Assembly: GCA_964016885.1 (NCBI GenBank)
Contig: OZ024744.1
Span: 76,818,001-76,882,000 of the forward strand
Source of the DNA: Eledone cirrhosa
Lineage: Eukaryota
Direction: 5' to 3'
Length of the DNA: 64,000 bases
The notes beneath the pieces are model-generated. The model ran no database searches, was not told the origin of the DNA, and worked only from the letters and a program-made list of their open reading frames with translations. Below are positions 1 through 11,199 of this stretch, piece after piece. The number at the start of each line of letters is the position of its first letter. The stretch's first letter is position 1. The position numbers and the translations under genes are program-made.

Positions 1-294
1 ATTGAACACACAGACATTTCACAGCACGACTACATAATACCAGCACCAATCAAAACACCAACGAACATAAGACTGGTAAGAATATCACAGAAACAATACG
101 CAAACATTAAAATGAAATTCCCCAACACAGTTGGTGATTTCAGAGACCTAGGAGGCACACTCAACCGGAGAGTATACTCGGATATACTCACAGAAGAGCC
201 GACGACCAGCCGAAGGGACGATTCAACGGTCCTTTCACCAGACGATCAAGGTAAGTGTTCCTTTCTCACTTACCCCGTTCCTCACCCAACATGA
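1..294 (+). CDS. C-terminal part of Tx1 ORF1 (copy A), partial
   Basis: Frame 1 is open from base 1 (IEHTDISQHDYIIPAPIKTPTNIRL...) and nearly identical to the end of ORF1 at 5353-7428. Its stop overlaps the ORF2 start (ATGA, 291-294). Confidence 0.85.
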   Translation: MEHTDISQHDYIIPAPIKTPTNIRLVRISQKQYANIKMKFPNTVGDFRDLGGTLNRRVYSDILTEEPTTSRRDDSTVLSPDDQGKCSFLTYPVPHPT

Positions 295-3200
295 CCGTAT
301 TCAGGATCGGAAGTGTAAACGTGCGTGGCTTCAGCTCGGTTTGGAAGCAGGGTCACTTGCTTAACGACCTCAGGTCACTAAACATAGATGTGGTGGCATC
401 AGCGAGACGAGAATCTCCGAAACGCAAGCTTTCGCACCGATCTTCGACGGTTACGAGGTGTATGCCTCTCCGAGCCGTCCGGGAGCGGGGGGCGTAGTGG
501 CTGTGTTGTTTAGGGAAGGCTTGGGTCTCGCCATACGGACCATCCTCCTGAACCCAGAAGGTAAGTCGGTGGTGCTGGACTTAAGCGGCACCGAAGGCAA
601 CGCTTTCAGGCTAGTAGCCGTCTATGCCCCAATAGGGGCAGGACGGCCAGATTTCTTCAGACGTCTAGAGACCTTTCTTGGAACGTCCCGCTCTTTAGTG
701 TTAGTGGGCGACTGGAACGGTATCTTGGATGCACGTTGGGATTGTGTGGGGCTAGTGGATAGGGGAGGAGGGTTCAAGAGCCCACCAACCTGCTCAGACG
801 TTTTGAACTGTCTGGCAGGTATCGACTGGATCACCTGAATGTGCCAATGTGGACATGGACAAACCGCATCGGGTCGTCCAGATCGTATCTCGATAGGGTA
901 TTCTGCAGAGAACTAGATAAGGCTAGTATAAGTTGTCCACAATTTAAAATAGTCGACTAGACAGACCCCAAATTTGTGATCTGTGAGATCGACATAGACA
1001 GACTTCATAGACAAGGGACTGGTTACTGGAAGCTGAATACGTCTTTCCCGGTGCGCAAAGCCTACAGAGACCGGATTAGCGTATTAGTTAAGCGGACTTT
1101 GACGGGTGCGGTCGTCAACAACAGGTGGTTTTTCGCCCTGAAAAAGGCAATTAAAGTAGAGTCGATTAGGTTTAGCAAAGGACTAGTGATAGAGGAAAAA
1201 AGAGTAGAGGGAGAGCTAGTCAGAAAGCTAGAAGAGGCGTTTAGGACAGGCATCGCAACCGACGTGCTTGCGGCGAGATTGACACTCGACCAATTCTTCA
1301 ACGCAAAACGCGAATGCTGCATTGTCAGAGCTAGAGCGCGTGCTCTGAAACACGAGGGGACAAAAGCCGTCCAATGGGCTCGGGTGGCAGAGGCGCGACG
1401 TGGCAATAAAGCCACAATGCGGTCTTTATCTGACCAAAACGAGCGCGTGTTGCTCGAACCCGAGCAGATGTGTGAAGCTTTTCAGCAGCACTTTGCTGAA
1501 CTGTTCGGGAGCACCGGCGGGCCGGGGCGGGGTATGGATTTCAGTGCATACCTCGACGGACTGCCTCGGCTCTCGACGACCGCAGCACAGTGTTGCGGAA
1601 AGCCAATAACACCCAGTGAAATACGGGAAGCGATGGCTAACTGCACGAGGGGTAAATCGCCAGGTTTGGATGGTCTGTCCTAAGAGCTTTGTGCATTTAT
1701 GCCAGACTTGTTCGGTGACCTCTTGGCAGACGTCTACTGCAACTGGCAGCAGAACGGGAGCATTCCCAGTTTTGTGAGCCCGGGAGCGGTGGCGCTGCTG
1801 AGAAAAGACCCGAACAAGGGGGATGTTATCGATAACTTCAGGCCCATAACTCTGCTAAACCCAGAGTTCAAGATTTTGGCCAAGGTGTTAGCAACGAGGT
1901 TAGCGCTTGTCGTCAATGGTCGGGTGGGAGAGGCGCAGACATGCGCCATTCCGGACAGATCCATACACGACAACCTCCATCTCATGCAATACATCATAGA
2001 GAAGGTGGTTAAGGAACCAGGCACGGGTGGGGGCCTGATCAACTTGGATCATTTCAAAGCATTCAATAGGGTCGACCATCGTTATCTGGCGGCGGTCCTC
2101 GAGGCGGCCGGTTTCGGGCTCGTTTTCAGGGTTTGGATCGCTGCGATGTACAGCGACATCTGCTCAGTTGTGAGGGTGAACAGTCACCTGTCGCAGCCGT
2201 TCAGCATCATGCGCTCGGTCCGCCAGGGTTGTCCCCTCTCGTCCCTCTTGTACGTATTGACTCTAGAGCCGTTACAGCGCAAACTGGAGCGATGAGGGGC
2301 GTCCCACGCGAACTAGGATGCGCGAAATCCGAGTCGGCTTACGCCGACGACGTAACCGTTGTGGTTTCGAGCACCACACACGTCCAGATGCTCGGCACCG
2401 CTCTCAAGGAATACGAAGCGGTGACAGGAGCAAAGATAAACCAGGAAAAGTCGGTGGGCTTGCAGCTCGGCACCTGGAGAGGCAAGTCCATGCCGTCCGA
2501 CAGCGTCGTGGGGCGTTGGACGGACGGGCCGGTTAAATTGCTCGGGATCTGGTTCGGACTGGAGCGAGGTGACGAGCAAGGTGGCCTCCTCCATAACCCA
2601 GAAATGGGCCGAGAGGAAGCTGTCCCTGAAAGGCCGGGCGGAGTTGGCGAATGGGTACATCGCATCCGTCATCTGCTACCGCCTCACCGTCATCCCTTGC
2701 CCCGGCCCAACTCTCACCAAAAAGGAGCGCCTCCTCTTTCGCTTTTTGTGGAAGGGACGCGCTCCCATGGTCAGACGATCCATCTGCTGTCAACACCCGT
2801 TGTGTGAGGACTGGGCATGCCATGGCTGATGATGCGCAAACATGCGCTGAGTCTGTGACATCTCTGGTGCTTCCTTGACGGTGAACAGGTGTGGTCGCCG
2901 TTCGCCAGGCACGTTTTCGCACAGCTCGTCTCCTTGACGGAGCTGCAGTCCTGGGTCAGGAAAAGACCGAGGGATGGCTCTTGGTTACTGGAATGTCCCC
3001 AGGCGCTCACTGCCCTCTGCCAGCTGGGCACCAGTATCGGTGGAACATCCATCTCGGCGTTCTATAGAGGACTAGTGGAGGAGAAGTGCGACGACGTTCT
3101 CGGAGAGATCCTGGGCGTCGAAGAAGATCAGCTGTTTGCTCTCTTCCGGAGAACTTTCAGCCTAGGGCCTATGGATAACTTCCAAAAATCCCTGGCCTGG

Positions 3201-3686
3201 TAGTGCTACCGGGGAGCGCTGCCGGTTCAACATAAGCTCTACAGGCACGGAAGTGCCGTCAGCCGAGCCTGTCCGAGATGCGCGCAGAGTGACGAAACCG
3301 TCGTGCACGCACTCGTTCAGTGCCCGAGCATTGCTGACTTGTGGCGCTATGTCGAACAGTTGCTGTCGCGTGTAGGACTGATCCTGTTATCGACTGAGTC
3401 CATTGTGCAGATGGTCTCGCCGTCTTCCTTCGAGGAGGAAGGGCAGGCGGTTTTCATCTGCCTGGTAGCCATGGCGAAAGAGATTGTGTGGTGGACAAGG
3501 TTGAAAGGGTTAAAGACCGATACTTTCCTCTTCGGCGAATCCCTAATTAACTTCTTCAAGTTTCACTTGACGAGGAAAATCAGGGTGGAGAGGCAAGTGC
3601 TGCCTTCTAGCAAGTTTGTTGAAAGGTGAGTGAATGTAGCGAGAATGGTCCGAGTGAACGGGACCGCTCTAAATATACGCCTGTAG
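291..3686 (+). pseudogene. Tx1 ORF2 (endonuclease-reverse transcriptase), disrupted by several frameshifts and stops
   Basis: ORF fragments 255-497, 458-838, 976-1683, 1699-2295, 2133-2807, 2569-2829, 2889-3203 and 3303-3629 tile the protein encoded at 7464-10883. Confidence 0.93.
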
Positions 3687-3982
3687 TTTGAGAAATGGAA
3701 AAATTGAGAGAGGGCGCTTGCCCTGGTGGTCAGGGTGGCCGTGGTATTTTTTGTGGGTTTCGCCACGAGTAACCCTCGGAGGTTTCCCCCGTATTGTGGA
3801 ATTTTTCATTGTTTCAATTTTCATTTTTATTGTTTATATATATATATATTTCTATGTCTTTTTCTTTTTCTATATAAATAATAAAAATCTTTACACGAAC
3901 AAAACCCACATCGTACCGTCCTGTACCGTCCTGTGCCGTCTCTAATGTTTTTCTTGATGTCAGCTCTTGTGATCAATAAAAA

Positions 3983-4000
3983 ATTATTATTATTATTATT
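3983..4000 (+). repeat. (TTA)n tract separating Tx1 copies A and B
   Basis: ttattattattattatt directly between the copy A 3' end and the copy B truncated 5' end. Confidence 0.9.
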
Positions 4001-5120
4001 GATGCGCAGACACGCGCTCAGGCTACGACATCTCCACCTCTTCCTCGACAGTAATCAGGTGTGATCGCTATTTGCTAGACGCGTCTTTCCCCACCTGGTC
4101 TCCTTGATGGAGCTGCAGTCCTGGGTCAAGCGAAGACCGAGAGGGAGCGATTGGAGACTGGAATGTCTTCAGGCGCTCACGGCCCTCGACTAATCGGGCA
4201 ATGTGATCGGTGGAAACTCCATCTTGGCGTTCTATAGAGGATTAGTGGAGGGGAAGAGCGACGACGTGCTTGGGGAAACTCTAGGCGTCAACAAAAATCA
4301 ACTAGCCAATCTCTTCGGAAGAACTTTCGGGCGGGGCCTATGGACAATTTCCAGAAATCCCTAGCCTGGCAGTGCTACCGAGGAACTTTGCCAGTTCGGG
4401 ATAAACTCTACAGGCACGGAAGTGCCGTCAGCCGGGCATGTCCGAGATGCATGCAGGGCGACGAAACGGTCCTGCATGCACTCGTCCAGTGTCCGAGCAT
4501 TGCTGACTTGTGGGTTTATGTCGAACAACTGCTGTCGAGTGTAGGACGGATCCGGCTATCATCTGAGTCCATCTTGAGGATTGCCCCGCCCTCTTCCTTT
4601 AGCCGCGAAGGGCAAGCAGTTTTTATCTGTCTGGTGGCCATGGCGAAAGAGATAGTATGGTGGACGCGTCTGAAAGGGCTGAAGACGAGCACTTACCTCT
4701 TCGGTGATGCCCTGATTAACTTTTTCAAATTTCATTTGAAAAGGAAAATCAGGGTAGAGAGGGAGGTGCTCTCTTCCCAGCATATTGTTGAAAGATGGTT
4801 GAGAGAGGCAAGAATGGCCCGAGTGAATGGGCCTCCTCTCAATATGTGTCTGTAAATTAAAGGTGGAAAACTGGGAGAGAACACTTGCCCTGGTGGTCAG
4901 GGTCACCGTGGCTTTTTTTTTTAATGGGCTTTCTCCACGATGGCCCTCAGAAGTCTCCCTCCTATTGGGGAATTTTTTCATTGTTCCTTTTATTACATCC
5001 TCTGTTTTTTTTTTGTTGGGGGGGTTACACGCAGAAATGCCCATTTGTACCGTCCTGTATTTTCCTGTACTGTCCTTAATGTCTACTTTATGTAAACCCT
5101 TGTGGTCAATAAAGAAAGCA
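4001..5120 (+). mobile_element. Tx1 copy B, 5'-truncated (last ~1.1 kb)
   Basis: Starts mid-ORF2 (matches from ~10028). ORF 4340-4855 is nearly identical to 10368-10883 (CPRC..DETVLHALVQC). 3'UTR with AATAAA at ~5108, followed by (TTA)n. Confidence 0.95.
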
Positions 5121-5352
5121 TTATTATTATTATTATTGAATGCCATGGTTGACGGAGGCTCGGCTCTGTAAGGTATAGTAATTTTTAACCGTTAAAACAA
5201 TTGTAAATTGTTTAAAACTTGAACCAAATTGTTGATAAAGACACCCTCCTCCTCGTGAGAGGGGTCTTTCTGTCCGTTATTTGGCCCTTCGGGGTTAAAT
5301 AACCAGTTATTGGGGTTTTGTACCCAAAATTTCATTTTAAACAAAAAACAAC

Positions 5353-7428
5353 ATGGCTACGAAAAAGAAATTTCATACGTCACTCCCACTCATTCCGTCT
5401 TCTTCTTCCTCAATCATCACTACAGCAGAGAGAAGATTGTCTCTCTCCCTCCCTTCTTTAAATGTGTCTCTCTCCCTCCCTTCTCTTTCGCAAGTGACGA
5501 AAGAAAAGAAAAGTCTCGTGCAAAGCGTGCAAGGTTTCTCCACGACGACGACGACAGCGACGAAACAGGTGTGCGGGAAATACGAAAACCCAGTTCATTC
5601 GTCTGACGTCAGGAATAATAGCAGTAGCAGCCGTAATAACAACAGCAACAGTGACAATGAAAACAACAGTAGCAGCCGCAACAGCATCACCAGCAACACC
5701 AACAACAACCACAGCAACAGCGGCGGAGGCAGTAGTCGTAGTACCTGCAGCAACAACAAAAGTACCAGCAGCTCTGACGGCAACAACAATAGCAGAGAAA
5801 AACCAATCTCATTTGCAGGTATTGCGAAAAACTTGGAAACAATCCTCATAACAAATGAGGAATTAGAGGAAGCGAAGAAGATGGTGACAAAGAACGGACA
5901 CCGAGCAATCTGCAAGGCAGCGGAAAATTTTTTCGAAACCCAAGAGCACTGTACGGTCACGTACCGTACAGTAAGTACAAAATCCCGTAGGGTGGAAAGA
6001 GCCACAGAGGCCCAAATACAAAAAGCCTTGGGGTCTGTGTGGCAGCGGAAAACGCACATCACCCGAGGCAAAAAATATGCCACCGTAGACGTACTTTTTG
6101 CCACACCCCAGGAGGCAAAAGCCCAATCAGTAGTGACCCTAAGGAGCGAGGAAATGGTGTTGGTGCCCTCCTACTGCGGGCAAAAAATTGTGAGGGTCAA
6201 ACTGACCCACGTCCCCCCCCCCCCCCCCGGAATGACCCCTTCTTGGCTGGCCGCGTCTGTCCTCGTCGGAATCGAGGACAAAACAACTGTACTGCAAGTA
6301 CAGAAAAAAGTAAGAGAAGATTGGGTCGGCTCCTCCATTGAGATGCTAATCCAAACCAACCAGGAGTGCATCGAAGCTATCCCGGATGTGATAGACTTCG
6401 ATAACGGCACTCAACTGCCCATAAGTGTTGAGGGCAAACGCCCGAAATGCTTTCGCTGTGGATCGAAGACTCACCTCAGGGCCTTCTGCAACGAGAAGAC
6501 CCTGAGAAAGGAGAAAACCCCCCTCCTTCCGAATCCGGCTCCACGGCTACCAGCAACAGGACAAGCGGCAACCAGGAACGATAGGCCCGTGGCACCCATA
6601 CCCACTCCACGGAAATCAAAAACAGCAGCAGCAGTGGAAATATTAACAACAACAACAGCAATACCAAATGCAGCTGCAACAGAGACTCCAGTGCAAACAT
6701 CACCAACAACAACAAGTGAAAGAGTGGAGCTGGTACCCCTCCCCGACCTCACAGAATCAGACATGGAGTGTGAGGTGGGAGAGGGATGGCAAAAGGTCGT
6801 AAGAAGGCACAAACGCAGAAGCAGCGCATCGTCGCCTTTGAAAAGGGAGGAAAGAAATGAGGAAAGGGTAAAGTCTACTGCAAAGAGACCCACAGCAGCA
6901 ACAACACCAACACCATCACCACCCACACTAGCACCACCATCACCACCGGCGACAACCCCACCGCCAACAACACCTTCAACACCACCACCACAAGCACCAA
7001 CATCGCAAACACAACAACAAAACACACACACCCAGCAACAACGACAAGAAAATAGCAGAACCACACCCCATCCCCAGAAAAACAAATGCACGGCAATAAA
7101 TACACACAACAAGAAACTAATGACTTACATAATTGAACACACAGACATTTCACAACAGGACTACATAATACCAGCACCAATCAAAACGCCAACTAACATA
7201 AGACTGCTAAAAATAGCACAGAAACAATACACAAATATTAAAACGAAATTCCCCAACGCAGTTGGTGATTTCAGGGACCTAGGAGGAACCATCAATCGAA
7301 GAATATACTCAGACATTCTCTTAGAAGAGCCGACGACCAGCCGAAGGGACGATTCAACGGTCCCTTCACCAGACGATCAAGTGAAAAGGGATGTAAAAAC
7401 CATCCCTCCTCTACCAAAAGTACGGTAA
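5353..7428 (+). CDS. Tx1 ORF1 gag-like nucleic-acid-binding protein (691 aa)
   Basis: Uninterrupted ORF. Single CCHC knuckle CFRCGSKTHLRAFC (6448-6489), S/N-rich and P/T-rich low-complexity regions, and a C-terminus conserved with copy A. Confidence 0.92.
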   Translation: MATKKKFHTSLPLIPSSSSSIITTAERRLSLSLPSLNVSLSLPSLSQVTKEKKSLVQSVQGFSTTTTTATKQVCGKYENPVHSSDVRNNSSSSRNNNSNSDNENNSSSRNSITSNTNNNHSNSGGGSSRSTCSNNKSTSSSDGNNNSREKPISFAGIAKNLETILITNEELEEAKKMVTKNGHRAICKAAENFFETQEHCTVTYRTVSTKSRRVERATEAQIQKALGSVWQRKTHITRGKKYATVDVLFATPQEAKAQSVVTLRSEEMVLVPSYCGQKIVRVKLTHVPPPPPGMTPSWLAASVLVGIEDKTTVLQVQKKVREDWVGSSIEMLIQTNQECIEAIPDVIDFDNGTQLPISVEGKRPKCFRCGSKTHLRAFCNEKTLRKEKTPLLPNPAPRLPATGQAATRNDRPVAPIPTPRKSKTAAAVEILTTTTAIPNAAATETPVQTSPTTTSERVELVPLPDLTESDMECEVGEGWQKVVRRHKRRSSASSPLKREERNEERVKSTAKRPTAATTPTPSPPTLAPPSPPATTPPPTTPSTPPPQAPTSQTQQQNTHTQQQRQENSRTTPHPQKNKCTAINTHNKKLMTYIIEHTDISQQDYIIPAPIKTPTNIRLLKIAQKQYTNIKTKFPNAVGDFRDLGGTINRRIYSDILLEEPTTSRRDDSTVPSPDDQVKRDVKTIPPLPKVR

Positions 7429-7463
7429 GTGGTCTTTCCCATCTTTTCCACCCTATTTTAAAC

Positions 7464-10400
7464 ATGACCTCACTCAGAATAGGCAGCATAAATGCGCGTG
7501 GCTTGGGGTCGTCATGGAAGCAGGGTCACCTGCTCAACGACCTCAGGTCACTAAACATAGATGTAGTGGCCATCAGCGAGACCAGAATCTCCGAAGCACG
7601 GGCCTTCGCACCGATCTTCGGCGGCTACGATGTGTACGCATCTCCCAGCCGTCCTGGATCCGGTGGAGGAGTTGCTGTGCTTTTTCGGAGAGGTTTGGAT
7701 CTCGCCATACGGGCCATCTTCCTGGACCCAGAGGGTAAGCTGGTGGTGCTGGACGTGACCAGCGGAGACGGGCAAGCTTTCAGGCTAGTGGCCGTCTATG
7801 CCCCGACAGGAGCAGGGCGGCCTGATTTCTTCCGGCGTCTGGAGACCTTTCTTGGAACGTCTCGCTCTTTAGTGTTAGTGGGCGACTGGAACGGGATCTT
7901 AGATGCACGCTGGGACTGTGTGGGATTAGCGGATAGGGGTGGAGGGTGCAAGAGCCTCACCAACCTGCTCAGGCGTTTTGAACTGTCTGACAGGTACCGA
8001 TTGGATTTCCCGAATGTGCCAATGTGGACTTGGACAAACCGCATAGGGTCATCCAGATCATATCTAGATAGAGTATTTTGTAGGGAAATAGATAGGTCTA
8101 GCATAGGCTGTCCACAATTCAAGATAGTCAGCTACACGGACCACAAATTCGTGATCTGTGTGCTTGACTTAGATAGGCTTCATAGACGAGGACCCGGCTA
8201 CTGGAAGCTAAACGCGTCCTTACCAGCGCGCAAGGCCTACAGAGACCGGATTAGCGAACTAGTTAAGCGGGCGTTGACGGGGGCCATCGTCAACAACAAG
8301 TGGTGGTTTGCTCTGAAAAGAGCGATTAGAATAGAATCGATTAGGTTTAGTAAGGCTTTAGCAATAGAGAAAAATAGAGCAGAGGGAGAACTAGTAAGAA
8401 AATTAGACGAGGCGCTTAGCAAAGGCATTGCGACCGACGTGCTTGCGGCGAAATTGGCCCTTGACCAATTCTTCAATGCAAAGCACGAAGGCTGCGTTGT
8501 CAGAGCTAGGGTGCGTGCTCTCAGACACGAGGGGACGAAAGCCGTTCAATGGGCCCGAGTGGCGGAGGCGCGTCGTGGCAACAAAGCCACGATCCGGTCT
8601 TTGGTGGACCACGACGGGCGCATGCTACTCGATCCCGGGCAAATGTGTGAAGCTTTTCAGCGACACTTCGCTCAGCTGTTCGGGGGCAGCGGTGGGCCGG
8701 GTAGAGGGATGGACTTTAGTGTCTACCTCGACGGACTGCCGCGGCTCTCGGCCACTGAGGCGAAGTGTTGCGAAAAGCCGATAACAGCCGCTGAAGTAAG
8801 GGAGGCAATGACTGGCTGCACAAGGGGTAAATCGCCTGGTTTGGATGGTCTGCCCTATGAACTTTACGTACAGATGCCAGACTTGTTCGGAGGCCTCTTG
8901 GCGGACGTCTACTGCAACTGGCAACAGAACGGGAGAATTCCCAGTTCTGTGAGCCGAGGAGCGGTGGCACTGCTGAGAAAGGATCCGAACAAGGGGGATA
9001 ACATAGACAATTTCCGGCCCATAACTCTGATAAACACAGAGTTCAAGATTTTGGCCAAGGTGCTAGCAAAGAGGTTGGCGCTTGTCGTTGGTGGTCTGGT
9101 GGGAGAGGCGCAGACATGCGCCATTCCCGACAGATCCATCCACGACAACCTCCACCTCATGCGATACATCATAGAGAGGGTAGCTAAGGAACCTGGCACG
9201 GGTGGGTCCTTGATCAATTTAGATCAGTCGAAATCTTTCGATAGGGTCGACCATCGTTACCTAGCGGCAGTCCTGAGGGCGGCTGGCTTTGGGCCCGTCT
9301 TCAGAGGCTGGATCGCTGCCATGCACAGCGACATCTGCTCTGTGGTGAGAGTGAACGGTCACCTGTCGGAACCGTTCAACATCATGCGCTCGGTCCGCCA
9401 AGGATGTCCCCTCTCGTCCCTCTTGTACGTATTGACTCTCGAGCCATTACTGCACAAACTGGAGACGTTGAGGGGAGTCCCGCGCGAACTAGGATGCGGA
9501 AGATCCGTGTCAGCATATGCGGACGATGTCACCGTAGTGGTGTCGAACGCCAAACACATCGAGGCGATCGGCACTACACTAAGAGAATACGAAGCGGTGA
9601 CAGGAGCAATGATCAACCAGGAAAAGTCAGTGGGCCTGCAGCTCGGCACCTGCAGAGGCAGGTCCATGCCGTCCAACAGCGTCGTCGGGCGCTGGACGGA
9701 CGGACCGGTTAAATTGCTAGGGGTCTGGTTTGGTCCGGACCTCCAGACGGACAAAAACTGGGACGAGGTGACGAGCAGGGTGGCTTCTCTCACCCAGAAA
9801 TGGGCGGAGAGGAAGCTATCCCTGAAAGGTCGAGCGGAGGTGGCTAACGCGTACATCGCGTCTGTCATCTGCTACCGCCTGACCGTCGTACCTTGTCCTA
9901 AGCCTCGCCTGACTGCGCTGGAGCGTTTGCTCTTTCGCTTTTTGTGGAAGGGACGTGCTCCGATGGTCAGGCGGTCCATCTGTTGTCAACACCCGCTACG
10001 TGGAGGGCTGGGCATGCCGTGGCTGATGATGTGCAGGCACGCGCTCAGGCTACGACATCTCCACCTCTTCCTCGACGGTGATCAGGTGTGGTCGCCGTTT
10101 GCTAGGCGCGTATTTCCCCAGCTCGTTTCCTTGACGGAGCTGCAGTCCTGGGTCAAGCGAAGACCGAGAGGGAGCGCCTGGAGACTGGAATGTCTTCAGG
10201 CGCTCACAGCCCTCGACCAATCGGGCAATGTGATCGGTGGAAACTCCACCTCGGCGTTCTATAGAGGATTAGTGGAGGGTAAGAGCGACGACGTACTTGG
10301 GGAAACTCTAGGCGTCGACGAAAATCAACTAGCCAATCTCTTCTGAAGAACTTTCGGGCCAGGGCCTATGGACAACTTCCAGAAATCTCTGGCCTGGCAG

Positions 10401-10883
10401 TGCTACCGAGGAGCCTTGCCAGTTCGGGATAAACTCTACAGGCATGGAGGTGCCGTCAGCCGGGCATGTCCGAGATGCGCGCAGGGCGACGAAACCGTCC
10501 TGCACGCACTCGTCCAGTGTCCGAAAATTGCTGACTTGTGGGTTTATGTTGAACACCTGCTGTCGCGTTTAGGACGGATCCAGCTATCATCTGAGTCCAT
10601 CGTGAGGATTTCCCCGCCCTCCTCCTTTAGCCGGGAAGGGCAGGCAGTTTTTATCTGTCTGGTGGCCATGGCGAAAGAGATAGTATGGTGGACACGTTTG
10701 AAAGGGCTGAAGACGAGCACTTACCTCTTCGGTGATGCTCTGATTGACTTTTTCAAATTTCATTTGAAAAGGAAAATCAGAGTAGAGAGGGAAGTGCTCT
10801 CTTCCCAGCATTTTGTTGAAAGATGGGTGAGAGAAGCAAGAATGTCCCGAGTGAAAGGGCCTACTCTGAGTATATATCTGTAA
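7464..10883 (+). pseudogene. Tx1 ORF2 APE endonuclease + reverse transcriptase + C-terminal Zn motif; one in-frame TGA at 10344-10346
   Basis: ORFs 7464-10346 (960 aa) and 10368-10883 are in the same frame. Motifs: NARG, SETR, GDWN, YLDR, TDH, KSPGLDG, LDQSKSFDRV, RQGCPLS, YADD, GGLG, CPRC...H...C. Copies A and B have sense codons (CGG, GGA) at the TGA. Confidence 0.95.
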
Positions 10884-11142
10884 ATTAAAGGTGGAAAACT
10901 GGGAGAGGGCACTTGCCTTGGTGGTCAGGGTCATTGTGGCTTTTTACTGGGCTTTCTCCACAAATGTCCCTCCGAAGTCTCCCCCCTATTGGGGAATTTT
11001 TCATTGTTATTTTCATTGTTATTTTTGTTACATCCTCTGTTTTTGTTTTTTACACGCAGAAATGCCCATTTGTACCGTCCTGCATTGTCCTGCACTGTCC
11101 TTAATGTCTACTTTATGTAAACCCTTGTGGTTAATAAAGAAA

Positions 11143-11145
<3 letters not shown>

Positions 11146-11198
<53 letters not shown>
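11146..11198 (+). repeat. (TTA)n microsatellite shared by the Tx1 3' end and the Dong-like 3' end
   Basis: About 17 perfect TTA units. Confidence 0.95.

Positions 11199-11199
<1 letters not shown>

Larger units (their letters stand above)
1..3982 (+). mobile_element. Tx1/L1-clade non-LTR retrotransposon, copy A (degraded, runs off the window start)
   Basis: ORF1 C-terminus, then a broken ORF2 with APE endonuclease motifs (NVRG, VGDWNG, SYLDRV), RT motifs (KSPGLDG, FRPITLLN, RQGCPLS, YADD) and a C-terminal Cys/His motif. AATAAA at ~3975 precedes (TTA)n. Colinear with 7131-11145. Confidence 0.95.
5138..11145 (+). mobile_element. Tx1 copy C, apparently full length (~6.0 kb): 5'UTR, ORF1, ORF2, 3'UTR
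   Basis: Bounded by (TTA)n on both sides (5121-5137, 11146-11198). Two-ORF L1/Tx1 layout; AATAAA at ~11133. Confidence 0.96.

Noticed and set aside
5138-5200. HDV-like ribozyme at the Tx1 5' end
   Set aside because: Could not fit the nested double pseudoknot; reported only as an unassigned structured UTR.
5458-9868. Antisense and alternate-frame ORFs over the Tx1 element
   Set aside because: Shadows of the GC-rich coding strand with no motifs of their own.
10344-10346. Programmed readthrough or selenocysteine at the in-frame TGA of ORF2
   Set aside because: Sister copies have sense codons here; a point mutation or sequencing error is simpler.
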